This document shows positions 1-8,407 of a DNA stretch of 64,000 nt, piece by piece. Both the position numbers and the translations under genes were made by a program. The DNA comes from an uncultured Nitrospiraceae bacterium (GTDB taxonomy: Bacteria; Nitrospirota; Thermodesulfovibrionia; Thermodesulfovibrionales; Dissulfurispiraceae): positions 256,001 through 320,000 of the forward strand of contig CAVSHF010000003.1 in assembly GCA_963727805.1 (NCBI GenBank), read 5' to 3'. The notes beneath the pieces were generated by a model. It did not search any database and had not been told where the DNA came from. It saw only the letters and a program-made list of their open reading frames with translations. Numbering within the stretch: position 1 is the first letter of the stretch; every line of letters starts with the position of its first letter.

Positions 1-223
1 AACATTTTATCTGCATATCGAGACGTCATAAGTCGCGTTTTGAGAATGTCTTTGCTGATGGATCACCGATTCATGATTGGAAGTATTTTTTTCGGCATCG
101 GTAGTACTCTGGTTCAGCCTCACCTTGACGTTTCCTCTTTCATTCTGACAATCAGAGAATCAATTGGATCGATGCTATCGCAGGCAGTATTGTCCCCTGC
201 GAGCACCATGTTCTTAGTGCTTC

Positions 224-517
224 CTATGACCATCTCGAGGTTATTCTTATTTTGCTTTGGGAGTTATTATGCTGGTATGACTTGGCTGCAGACTCGGCCT
301 CTTGTGGTGGTTTGACTGCACTTGTCGTGAGATTGGATGCTGCAGCATTTTGTGCTTCGTTGCTGATTGTTACCTTGTCAGCGGCAGCATGATGCTTTGC
401 ATGGGCCTTGTGGGTTTTCGCGTGGTTATGGGTTATATTGGTGACTTGCGATGCCGGCTCGGTTGCGCCTGCAGCCGAATTGACGACTCCTGTGATTCTG
501 TTGTCTACCATAGCCAT
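224..517 (-). CDS. Small hypothetical protein in flagellin locus
   Basis: 97-aa ORF following flaF, purine-rich RBS; His/Ala/Lys-rich segment and a DKVTISNEAQ motif reminiscent of FlgM-like D-x-V-x-IS-x-x-A motifs. Confidence 0.5.
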   Translation of the reverse strand: MAMVDNRITGVVNSAAGATEPASQVTNITHNHAKTHKAHAKHHAAADKVTISNEAQNAAASNLTTSAVKPPQEAESAAKSYQHNNSQSKIRITSRWS

Positions 518-563
518 AAATTATCCCCTTCATGCGCATTAATTGTTATTACCGAGTTTGTGT

Positions 564-947
564 CTATCGCCCCTGCAGTCCGGCGGCAATATTGAGGTTG
601 ATGTTCACGAGGATGTTCAGCTTCTCTTTGGCGGGGGTGATCATAATGTCCACCGTATGTCTGTTGATGAAGGCGGAGAGTCTCAGAATGTTTATTCTGA
701 TTTCACCTGGAAGCTGACAAGCATCATTGGCAACCTCGGTTTGAAATATTGTCCAGACTCTTTGGTTTAATTTGAGCGCATCTGACAGGCGCGTCCTGAT
801 GTCCGGATGGTCCCATGTGTCGATGCAGTCATTCAGTTTGAGTGCACACTTTGTTAATACGTCAGATTCGGTATCCCTGCCGCTGACTGTTGCTGTGTGG
901 ACTGTCTTGTATGCGTTTATTTGCTTGTTACACGCCATGGCTCGCAC
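564..947 (-). CDS. flaF: Flagellar biosynthesis regulator FlaF
   Basis: AYKTV...GRDTES..., ALKLNQRVWTIF, LPGEIRINILRLSAF, LVNINLNIAAGL; adjacent to flbT; GGAGG before GTG start. Confidence 0.9.
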   Translation of the reverse strand: MRAMACNKQINAYKTVHTATVSGRDTESDVLTKCALKLNDCIDTWDHPDIRTRLSDALKLNQRVWTIFQTEVANDACQLPGEIRINILRLSAFINRHTVDIMITPAKEKLNILVNINLNIAAGLQGR

Positions 948-1338
948 TGATAGCCTCCTCTAATAATTTATTTTCCATTTCGATAAGTGTTTTTATTTGC
1001 GTTAGCGCTTTATAGTATTTTTGATCCATTACCAGTTTGGTTATTATATTGATCGGTCCAACCAGACTCGGAGCAGCCTTCATTATTTCCATTATTTGAG
1101 ACGAATATGAAGTGGAATATCGATCCAAATTGTCGGAATCGATATACATGAGCTGGACCGTAAAATACAGGTTTTTGCACGGTGTATTTGCATCTTGCGG
1201 CCTAATGATCTCCTTTTCTCTTAAGATGCTCACTTTGTTTTCGAATACCAGCTCACATCGTCTTGTCCCGCCGTTTGTGATCACCGCTCCGCTGACAATA
1301 CATTTCTCGCCTGGCTTCAACTCAATTTTTAATGGCAT
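928..1338 (-). CDS. flbT: Flagellar biosynthesis repressor FlbT
   Basis: MPLKIELKPGEK...GAVITNG...ILREKEII...ANTPCKNLYFTVQLMYID; overlaps flaF start. Confidence 0.92.
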   Translation of the reverse strand: MPLKIELKPGEKCIVSGAVITNGGTRRCELVFENKVSILREKEIIRPQDANTPCKNLYFTVQLMYIDSDNLDRYSTSYSSQIMEIMKAAPSLVGPINIITKLVMDQKYYKALTQIKTLIEMENKLLEEAISASHGV

Positions 1339-1373
1339 TTTCTATGCCCTCCTTGGAACAATATTCTATTGTT

Positions 1374-1853
1374 TTAGACTTTGATATTTAAAAGCGACCC
1401 GGGTTTTGCCGGTTCGGTGGATAATTGGTGGTTATCATTCAGAGTATCTTTCAGCTTGTATAGATTGTCAAGAGCTTTCGAGACTTCTATATCTGTTGCA
1501 TTGGGCGGCAGCGTATTGCCGGGGGACACTATTTTCTTGATATTATGGTCTATAGGTGACGTCTTGATGTCTTCCTGTAGTCCCTTAATTCTCTTGATTA
1601 ATGCTGGTCTTTGCGGATGCCCAGCTGGGAAGAAAGGCGGAAAAGAGTCAATTAATTCCTTCAGTTGGTTCTGTATATAATTTACACCTTGCAATATTGA
1701 TGTTACATCAGCTGCTGTTGTACTGCCTGTATTTGATGTATCAGCTTGGAAAAAAGAATTTGTTGTTCTGTTTGTGGTCGCATCACTATTCATCCCGTCG
1801 CTTCGGGTTATGGCCTGAGAATATTGACTTGTCTGTACGCCGCTGATATCCAT
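1374..1853 (-). CDS. Hypothetical protein between flagellin and flbT
   Basis: 159-aa ORF; FPPFFPAG motif and C-terminal GSLLNIKV; operon-like spacing. Confidence 0.65.
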   Translation of the reverse strand: MDISGVQTSQYSQAITRSDGMNSDATTNRTTNSFFQADTSNTGSTTAADVTSILQGVNYIQNQLKELIDSFPPFFPAGHPQRPALIKRIKGLQEDIKTSPIDHNIKKIVSPGNTLPPNATDIEVSKALDNLYKLKDTLNDNHQLSTEPAKPGSLLNIKV

Positions 1854-1877
1854 GTTTTTTTAAGCCCCGATGATATA

Positions 1878-1901
1878 AAGTGGGGGGGAAATCCCCCCCT
1901 T
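1878..1901 (-). terminator. Hairpin after flagellin (terminator or mRNA-stabilising stem)
   Basis: G7 (1882-1888) / C7 (1893-1899) stem just past the flagellin stop; short U tail. Confidence 0.55.
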
Positions 1902-1927
1902 AGCTCAGTTATACAAAAAACGTAATC

Positions 1928-2761
1928 CTATCCGAACAGTTTCAGTACTGACTGTGCCGACTGAGACGCAAGGCTCAGTGCCGTTGTGCCAAGTGACTGC
2001 CTGGTCTGGAGCATCAGCATGTTCGCGCCTTCCTGATTAGTGTCTGCGAGTGTAAGGTTATCTGAGCCAGTCTGAAGCACGTTCATGATGCCAGTTGAAA
2101 AGCTCTGTCTCGTCTGTATGATTGAAAGGCTGCTGGAAAGTGTTTGAGCCGTGCCTTGCAACGTTGTGATAGCAGCCGAGGCTGCGGCATTAGCGCCAGC
2201 TAGAGCGGTCCAACCGGTAACTCCGGTATCGCCGGCTGTATATGCAGTGATAAGTCCGAGAGTAGTGCTTGTCGTTGCCGCGGCAGGCGTAACAGTTAAT
2301 TTGTCAGCCGCGCCAGACCCGAAAGTAACCGTAAGCGTATTGGCGGCGAGCAGGTTTGTTCCCTGGAATCCGGAATCCCCTGACATTTGGTCGATCTGAT
2401 CCAAAACTGTTTTATACTGGGTTTCCAGATTAAACTGAGCCGTCTTGTCAGAGGTGGCTAAGGCCGATTGTACTAACGACTGAGCCTGCTGAGTCAATGA
2501 TTGAATACTGGTGATACCCTGGTTGGCAGCCTGGATAGTCTGAATACCATTGCTCATGCCGTCGTTGTAGGACGCGAGCTGATTAGCCTGATTCAGCATA
2601 TTCTGAGATGCAAAGTACTCAAGCGGGTTATCCAGGGCTGAATTGACTTTCTTGCCTGTTGCCAAGTGCTGCTGAGTGGTTTGTGTTAGATTGGCGGTGT
2701 TCTGAAGTGCTACGAGGTTGGCCCTCATGCCTGCTGTTAAAGAAATGTCTCCGATGCTCAT
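1928..2761 (-). CDS. fliC: Flagellin, short, alphaproteobacterial-like subtype
   Basis: N-term LTAGMRANLVALQ...LATGKKVNSALDNP; C-term LADTNQEGANMLMLQTRQSL...SVLKLF; GAGGAG RBS. Confidence 0.93.
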   Translation of the reverse strand: MSIGDISLTAGMRANLVALQNTANLTQTTQQHLATGKKVNSALDNPLEYFASQNMLNQANQLASYNDGMSNGIQTIQAANQGITSIQSLTQQAQSLVQSALATSDKTAQFNLETQYKTVLDQIDQMSGDSGFQGTNLLAANTLTVTFGSGAADKLTVTPAAATTSTTLGLITAYTAGDTGVTGWTALAGANAAASAAITTLQGTAQTLSSSLSIIQTRQSFSTGIMNVLQTGSDNLTLADTNQEGANMLMLQTRQSLGTTALSLASQSAQSVLKLFG

Positions 2762-2871
2762 GGTATATCTCCTCTGATGGGAATATTTACCTGCCTTCTG
2801 GCAGGCTTCGCGGCATTTGCTTCTTTACTTCCGTTTCTTGCTTCCCCCTTCCTTCATTTCCTTTAATATAG

Positions 2872-2898
2872 TTTTCGACGGTGTCAGGAAAAACTTTA
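2872..2898 (-). promoter_or_regulatory. Sigma28 (FliA)-type promoter of flagellin
   Basis: Minus strand TAAA-N15-GTCGAAAA (consensus TAAA-N15-GCCGATAA). Confidence 0.7.
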
Positions 2899-2922
2899 GC
2901 GTATTTTCACAAAAAAATTTCA

Positions 2923-4254
2923 TTATGCAATTTGTGACATTCCGCTGTATTCATTGGCCTTCGAGTCCATGACGTTCCCGTAGACGTCTTTTCCGCCGAA
3001 CCTGAACATGATGTGCTCCGGGTCAATGGTGCCATTGCCGCTGGTGTTTTGAGTAATACTGAATTGTACTGTAGCAGTCTGTGTGACTGAATTATAGGAA
3101 ACGCCAAGAGGTATCGGAGAAATAGTTGCCTCAGTGGGGTTTATCGTCATCCCGAAATTATAAGCCCCACCCGGATCCGAGCCTGTAGAGCGGCTAATCT
3201 GCCAGTTCATAACGTTTTGTACGGAACTGGGATCCATGTTGTTACTGAATACAAAGTTCATAGACTCTATCTTTATAGTATTAGGTTGTGAATATGCCGG
3301 GTCCATTGTTGACAGTTGGGTATTAGGCCCAAGCGCTGGATTGAATCCAGAACTGTAAACAGTCACTATTTTGGGATCCGTGTGTTGGGTAATATATGCT
3401 TGGAGCAGAGTCTCAGCAGCTTTGCTGGTTGTTGAAGAATTTGTTGAATTACTGCTTGCCGTAGATGTTGCCGACGATGAATCCGTTGTGGAAGAATCGG
3501 CCATAGCAGTAAGTACTTTCATTTGATCATTGGCAGCACTTAAGTTTTTCATGTCCACATAAGTTTCCCCAAGCTCCAGAAGTGAGTTGCTATCTTTGGG
3601 GCTGATGTCTAGTGCCTTACCAAGTTCGTTTATAGCCGCACTATAGTTGCCCATCTTATGGTAAAGCTGTCCAAGAGCAGAATACCCGCTGGAATCATTC
3701 GGGGTCAGCTGCACTACCATTTTGAATTGGGTTTCTGCGGCTGTGTAATTGCCTGCTGCCATATACGCCTGCCCCAGCGAGTAATTATCTGATGAGGTTC
3801 CGGGATTCTCCGCTACGGCTTTAGAGTAAGCCTTGATTGCGTCAGTGTAATCTTTCTGGCCATAATATACATCTCCTAAGGCACAATCTATCGTGTCACT
3901 TTGCGGAAAGACCTCTTGCGCTTGCTTAAAGAGCTTGATGGCCGCATCATTATTCCCTTGTTTCTGATAGATTCCAGCCAGTAATTGATACGCCTGCACC
4001 GAATTGTCAGAATATGGTGACAGTCCTATAGATAATTTATAATCCGTTATTGCCTCTTGCGTATTTCCGCTTTGTTGCGCATTAGTACCATTGGATAGAG
4101 CGGAAGCCGCGATGTTGTCTATCATGTCTTGCGTGGGAGCTGTGGATGAAAACAGATCGTCCACCTGCATGTTTTGCTTGTTTTGGTCACTTGACGCGCC
4201 GACGCTTGTAGATAAGCCTATGCCTATTGACGGTGTTAACCAGATATCCGACAT
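2923..4254 (-). CDS. TPR-repeat protein with Ser/Thr linker and beta-rich C-terminal domain
   Basis: Multiple TPR units (LGDVYYGQKDYTDAIKAYSKAV; LGQLYHKMGNYSAAINELGKAL). Confidence 0.85.
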   Translation of the reverse strand: MSDIWLTPSIGIGLSTSVGASSDQNKQNMQVDDLFSSTAPTQDMIDNIAASALSNGTNAQQSGNTQEAITDYKLSIGLSPYSDNSVQAYQLLAGIYQKQGNNDAAIKLFKQAQEVFPQSDTIDCALGDVYYGQKDYTDAIKAYSKAVAENPGTSSDNYSLGQAYMAAGNYTAAETQFKMVVQLTPNDSSGYSALGQLYHKMGNYSAAINELGKALDISPKDSNSLLELGETYVDMKNLSAANDQMKVLTAMADSSTTDSSSATSTASSNSTNSSTTSKAAETLLQAYITQHTDPKIVTVYSSGFNPALGPNTQLSTMDPAYSQPNTIKIESMNFVFSNNMDPSSVQNVMNWQISRSTGSDPGGAYNFGMTINPTEATISPIPLGVSYNSVTQTATVQFSITQNTSGNGTIDPEHIMFRFGGKDVYGNVMDSKANEYSGMSQIA

Positions 4255-4305
4255 TAATTTCCCCTCGTTACTATTCGGATATAAACAACGCTTTTCATAC
4301 AGTAA

Positions 4306-4332
4306 TTATCGGTACATAAGACTGAAACTTTA
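4306..4332 (-). promoter_or_regulatory. Sigma28 (FliA)-type promoter of TPR gene
   Basis: Minus strand TAAA-N15-ACCGATAA; same TAAAGTTT -35 as the flagellin promoter. Confidence 0.75.
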
Positions 4333-4486
4333 GGCTTGCACAAAGATAATAATATGCAGCCGCATAAGTATAAGGCGCTATAACGAGCTTGTGATTTTGA
4401 AAAAAATGTCTTAAAGTGTTATTTTATCAAGTGTTAGAGCTAAACACTTGCGGATATTTATATGAAAAGGAGGATTCTCGCCACCT

Positions 4487-4960
4487 ATGAAACGCGTGCC
4501 GATGACGCCTGAAGGCTATCAGAAGATGAAAGAAGAGCTCGACAGGCTCCTTAAAGTAGATAGACCAAAGAATATTAGGGATATTGCCGAGGCGAGGGCC
4601 CACGGCGACCTTTCCGAAAATGCGGAATACCATGCCGCCAGGGAGAAGCAATCATTTTTGGAGGGACGGATCCAGGAACTCCAGGCTAATATCTCAATGG
4701 CTGAGGTAATAGACGCCTCGAAGATAAACCAGTCAAGGGTTGCCTTCGGCGCGAAGGTCAAGGTTTTCGATGTTGAAGCCGATGAAGAATACGTATTTAC
4801 TATCGTGGGGACTGAAGAAGCCAATGTGAAGAGCGGCAAGATATCTATTACCTCGCCTGTTGCACGCGCTTTAATCGGCAAGGAGGTCGGTGACGTTGCC
4901 GTTGTTAAGGCCCCTGCCAGGACTATTGAATACGAGGTCGTCGAGATAACCTTTGAGTAG
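4487..4960 (+). CDS. greA: Transcription elongation factor GreA
   Basis: HGDLSENAEYHAA and ISITSPVARALIGK motifs. Confidence 0.97.
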   Translation: MKRVPMTPEGYQKMKEELDRLLKVDRPKNIRDIAEARAHGDLSENAEYHAAREKQSFLEGRIQELQANISMAEVIDASKINQSRVAFGAKVKVFDVEADEEYVFTIVGTEEANVKSGKISITSPVARALIGKEVGDVAVVKAPARTIEYEVVEITFE

Positions 4961-5720
4961 AATTTTTGACGCCACAGTTGTTGACAATACCTCCATCAGC
5001 AACTTTTTCAAAATCATTTCTATGCGTCCGCTTTCTGAAATTAACATCCCTGAAGCGGGCCAGTTTTTTATGCTTCAGACCGGCAAGACGTATGATCCCC
5101 TCTTAAAAAGACCCTTCAGTCTTTTTAGATATCAGAACGGGATTCTGCAATTCCTCTATCGGATACGGGGAAAGGGCACCATGTGCATAGCGGACATAAA
5201 GGCGGGTGAAGTGGTGCAAATCCTTGGTCCCCTCGGTAATGCATATCCGGTCCCCGCGGGAGATTTTATCGTCGTTTCGGGAGGCATCGGAATAGCATCC
5301 ATCTTTTCACTTCTGCAAAAGTCCCCTAATAAGGCTTATCTATTCTACGGCGCGCGAAATTGCGACGAACTGCTCATGCTTGACGAAGCGAAGGCATTGG
5401 CCAAAGACGTTTACATAACCACCGATGATGGAACGGTGGGCAAGAAAGGGCTGATAACCGGACCATTAAAAGAGCATATGGAGTCTGCTGAGTTTACAGA
5501 GAAACCTCTACCTATTTATACGTGCGGCCCAACCCCTATGTTAAAAGAGATCGCCCGGATCCTTAGGGGCAGAGGGTTAACCTGCTATGCTTCGCTGGAA
5601 GAAGTCATGGCGTGCGGAGTGGGGGCTTGCCTTGGCTGTGTGACCAAAACGATATCGGGGTATAAGAGGGTGTGCAAGGAAGGACCGGTATTCAATATCG
5701 AGGATATCGTATGGGAATAG
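4953..5720 (+). CDS. pyrK: Dihydroorotate dehydrogenase electron transfer subunit
   Basis: [24 protein letters not shown]...VCKEGPVF [2Fe-2S] motif. Confidence 0.93.
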   Translation: MSRIFDATVVDNTSISNFFKIISMRPLSEINIPEAGQFFMLQTGKTYDPLLKRPFSLFRYQNGILQFLYRIRGKGTMCIADIKAGEVVQILGPLGNAYPVPAGDFIVVSGGIGIASIFSLLQKSPNKAYLFYGARNCDELLMLDEAKALAKDVYITTDDGTVGKKGLITGPLKEHMESAEFTEKPLPIYTCGPTPMLKEIARILRGRGLTCYASLEEVMACGVGACLGCVTKTISGYKRVCKEGPVFNIEDIVWE

Positions 5721-6691
5721 AGAAAAAAAGAATAAAGAGTAAAGAGCAAACGATAAAGAACAAAGAAGTCGGTAAAAGTGAGCCGAATCTCTCGGTGCAA
5801 ATTGCAGGGTTAAAGCTCAGGAATCCTGTAATGACTGCGTCGGGCACGTTCGGGTACGGTGAAGAATATGCTGAATTTGTCGATTTGAACAGGCTCGGCG
5901 CTATTGTTGTTAAAGGACTTTCTATTGTTCCCAAGATGGGGAATCCTGCACCAAGGATTGTCGAAACCCCTTCGGGCATGCTGAATGCGATAGGTTTGCA
6001 AAACATCGGGATCCAAGCTTTTATCAAGGGGAAACTTCCATTTTTGAGGCAATTCGATACCCCAGTCATTGTAAATTTCTTTGGGGACAGCATCGATGAA
6101 TTCGTTCAGGCTGCCGAGCAATTGAGCAATACTGAAGGCATCCACGGGCTAGAGATGAACATTTCCTGCCCGAATAAGCAGGCGGGCTGGTGCATATTCG
6201 GCACGGACCCGAAAATAATGAGCGAGGTAGTATCAGCGGTAAGAAAGAGGACAAATCTCCCCCTGATCGTGAAGCTTTCTCCCAATGTTACTGATATCGG
6301 GGCGATGGCGAAGGTTGCAGAAAATGCTGGCGCTGATGCAGTGTCTCTCATAAACACGATTACCGGCATGGCCATAGATATCAGGCGGCGCAGGCCGGTT
6401 CTGGCCAATGTAACCGGAGGGCTATCGGGTCCTGCTGTCAAACCTATAGCGGTCAGAATGGTTTGGGAGGCCCGCAAAGCCGTAAAGATACCAATTATAG
6501 GATTGGGCGGGATCATGAGCACAGGTGATGCCCTCGAATTTCTCATTGCCGGCGCAGCAGCCATTGCAGTGGGTACCGCCAACTTCATTAATCCGCTTGC
6601 AACGATACAAATCATCGATGGAATCAAGAGGTTTCTTGAAGAGGAAGGGCTTACTGATATCAATCATCTCATCGGATGTCTAAAAGTTTAG
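5711..6691 (+). CDS. pyrD: Dihydroorotate dehydrogenase 1B catalytic subunit
   Basis: [37 protein letters not shown]; start uncertain (5711 preferred to 5672). Confidence 0.95.
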   Translation: MGIEKKRIKSKEQTIKNKEVGKSEPNLSVQIAGLKLRNPVMTASGTFGYGEEYAEFVDLNRLGAIVVKGLSIVPKMGNPAPRIVETPSGMLNAIGLQNIGIQAFIKGKLPFLRQFDTPVIVNFFGDSIDEFVQAAEQLSNTEGIHGLEMNISCPNKQAGWCIFGTDPKIMSEVVSAVRKRTNLPLIVKLSPNVTDIGAMAKVAENAGADAVSLINTITGMAIDIRRRRPVLANVTGGLSGPAVKPIAVRMVWEARKAVKIPIIGLGGIMSTGDALEFLIAGAAAIAVGTANFINPLATIQIIDGIKRFLEEEGLTDINHLIGCLKV

Positions 6692-6706
6692 TGTCGAGGC
6701 AACGCA

Positions 6707-7519
6707 ATGGGAGACGATGGTGGCCATCCTGAAATGTCACACATAATAACCCTCACTACGGACTTCGGCTATAAAGATCCTTTTACTGCCGAGATGAAAG
6801 GTGTCATACTTTCTATCAAATATTCGTCTATCATCGTTGATATTACCCATGGAATCGAACCCTTTAACATCCTCGAAGCGGCATTTGTCATTGGATCGTC
6901 ATTCAAATATTTCCCCTCAGGTACTGTGCACATCGTCATTGTCGATCCCGGCGTCGGTTCTGATCGAAGATCGATCATCATCGAAGCAGGCGACCACTTT
7001 TTTGTGGGGCCAGATAATGGAGTATTTTCTGCTATTTTGCAGGGAGCGTCATCGACAAAATGTATCCACATCGCAAATCAAGCATATATGCTTACAAAGG
7101 AGAGCCCGACGTTTCAGGGAAGGGACATATTTGCGCCTGTTGCGGCATGGCTTTTGAAAGGCATAAGTCCTTCAGACGTAGGTCCTGAAATTTCCGATCC
7201 CACGGTGATTATAATTCCCCGGCCTTCTAAGACTAGTGAAGGGCTTTCAGGTGAGGTAATTTATCTTGATCAGTTTGGAAATGCCATCACTAACATCACT
7301 GCAGGCGACCTTGAACCGCTTGGTAATGGTTATGCGGTACAGATCAAGGAAAGCCATTTCGTTCCGGTAAATCACTATGCTCAATCCTCTCCCGGCAGCT
7401 TATGTTGTCTTGTCAACAGTTCGGGTCATCTCGAGATCTTCACCTCCCGCAATAATGCGTCACGGCTGTTCCGAATTGGAAAGGGCGACGCCGTTTTCGT
7501 CCGACCGGTAATGGCTTGA
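6707..7519 (+). CDS. SAM hydroxide adenosyltransferase/chlorinase family (DUF62)
   Basis: ITLTTDFG, VDPGVGSDR, GPDNG, TFQGRDIFAP, DQFGNAITN; start may be 6734. Confidence 0.9.
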   Translation: MGDDGGHPEMSHIITLTTDFGYKDPFTAEMKGVILSIKYSSIIVDITHGIEPFNILEAAFVIGSSFKYFPSGTVHIVIVDPGVGSDRRSIIIEAGDHFFVGPDNGVFSAILQGASSTKCIHIANQAYMLTKESPTFQGRDIFAPVAAWLLKGISPSDVGPEISDPTVIIIPRPSKTSEGLSGEVIYLDQFGNAITNITAGDLEPLGNGYAVQIKESHFVPVNHYAQSSPGSLCCLVNSSGHLEIFTSRNNASRLFRIGKGDAVFVRPVMA

Positions 7520-7569
7520 GCTAACAGCCACGTTTAAGTGCACATCTTAAAACTCAGAAGTGTTGCTGA

Positions 7570-7594
7570 ATACTTGACATAAACAGTCTGGTAT
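7570..7594 (+). promoter_or_regulatory. IscR type-1-like operator over the iscR -35 box
   Basis: ATACTTGAC-N7-GTCTGGTAT, containing TTGACA (7574-7579). Confidence 0.7.
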
Positions 7595-7607
7595 TATAAA
7601 TTAATAT

Positions 7608-8042
7608 ATGCTGAGATTATCTACAAAGGGGCAATACGGGGTGCGGGCCATGTTTGAGATTGCTCGTGGTTTCCCTGATAAACCTGTCACCATCAGAAAG
7701 ATATCTGAGAGGCAAGACGTATCAGTAGCTTATCTGGAACAGATACTCAACAGGCTTCGCAAGGCTGGTCTCATTAAAAGCGTCAAGGGTCCGGGAGGCG
7801 GATATCTTCTGAGTAAGAATCCCGTTGAAATAAGCATAGCCGCTATCCTGAAAGAACTCGAAGGCCCGGTAGCTATTACGTCCTGTTTGAATCCGCTAGA
7901 GGGCTGCGTTCGGGTGGATTCATGTGTGACGCACCTGCTTTGGAAGGCCCTTGGGGAACAGGTCGAAGCCTTTCTGCAGACGATTACGCTTCGTAATCTC
8001 GTTGCTGGAGAATTTACTAAAAAGAAGGCGATACATAGTTGA
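7608..8042 (+). CDS. iscR: Rrf2 family Fe-S regulator, IscR-like
   Basis: LSTKGQYG, YLEQIL, GPGGGY; C-x6-C-x5-C-x2-H ligands; heads iscS/iscU. Confidence 0.85.
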   Translation: MLRLSTKGQYGVRAMFEIARGFPDKPVTIRKISERQDVSVAYLEQILNRLRKAGLIKSVKGPGGGYLLSKNPVEISIAAILKELEGPVAITSCLNPLEGCVRVDSCVTHLLWKALGEQVEAFLQTITLRNLVAGEFTKKKAIHS

Positions 8043-8059
8043 CATATTTGCTCAACTAC
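8035..8059 (+). promoter_or_regulatory. Second IscR-like operator with internal promoter
   Basis: ATAGTTGAC-N7-CTCAACTAC palindrome overlapping the iscR stop; TTGACA-17-TACCCT. Confidence 0.65.
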
Positions 8060-8073
8060 TTTACCCTGTTAAT

Positions 8074-8328
8074 ATGAAATTCGTTCATAACGTAAAAGCT
8101 GATGTGACAGCGGACATTGTTTATATGATGTGTCCTATGCATTTGCTTAAACTTGACGAAATGATAAAGGAGCTTGATTTCGGCCAGGTCCTCCAAGTCC
8201 TTACTGACTACGATGGTGCCCTTGAAGACATACCGCAGTGGTGCGAGAGAACCGGCAACGAATTTATCGGCATGGATGAGAGCGAAGATTTCTACCGGTT
8301 CTATATAAGGAAGACAGCCAAAGCCTAG
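8074..8328 (+). CDS. TusA/SirA-family sulfur carrier
   Basis: MCPMH (CPxP-like), GQVLQVLTD, DIPQWCERTGN; ATG at 8074 preferred. Confidence 0.85.
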   Translation: MKFVHNVKADVTADIVYMMCPMHLLKLDEMIKELDFGQVLQVLTDYDGALEDIPQWCERTGNEFIGMDESEDFYRFYIRKTAKA

Positions 8329-8407
8329 AAAGTCGTATCACGACCAACTTTTTCTGCTCTTAAATGGGGAAAGTTGACAGGTTGTGATGGGTAGAAAAGG
8401 AGATAAT

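Noticed and set aside
1..315. Coding potential at the window start
   Set aside because: No convincing frame or motif on either strand
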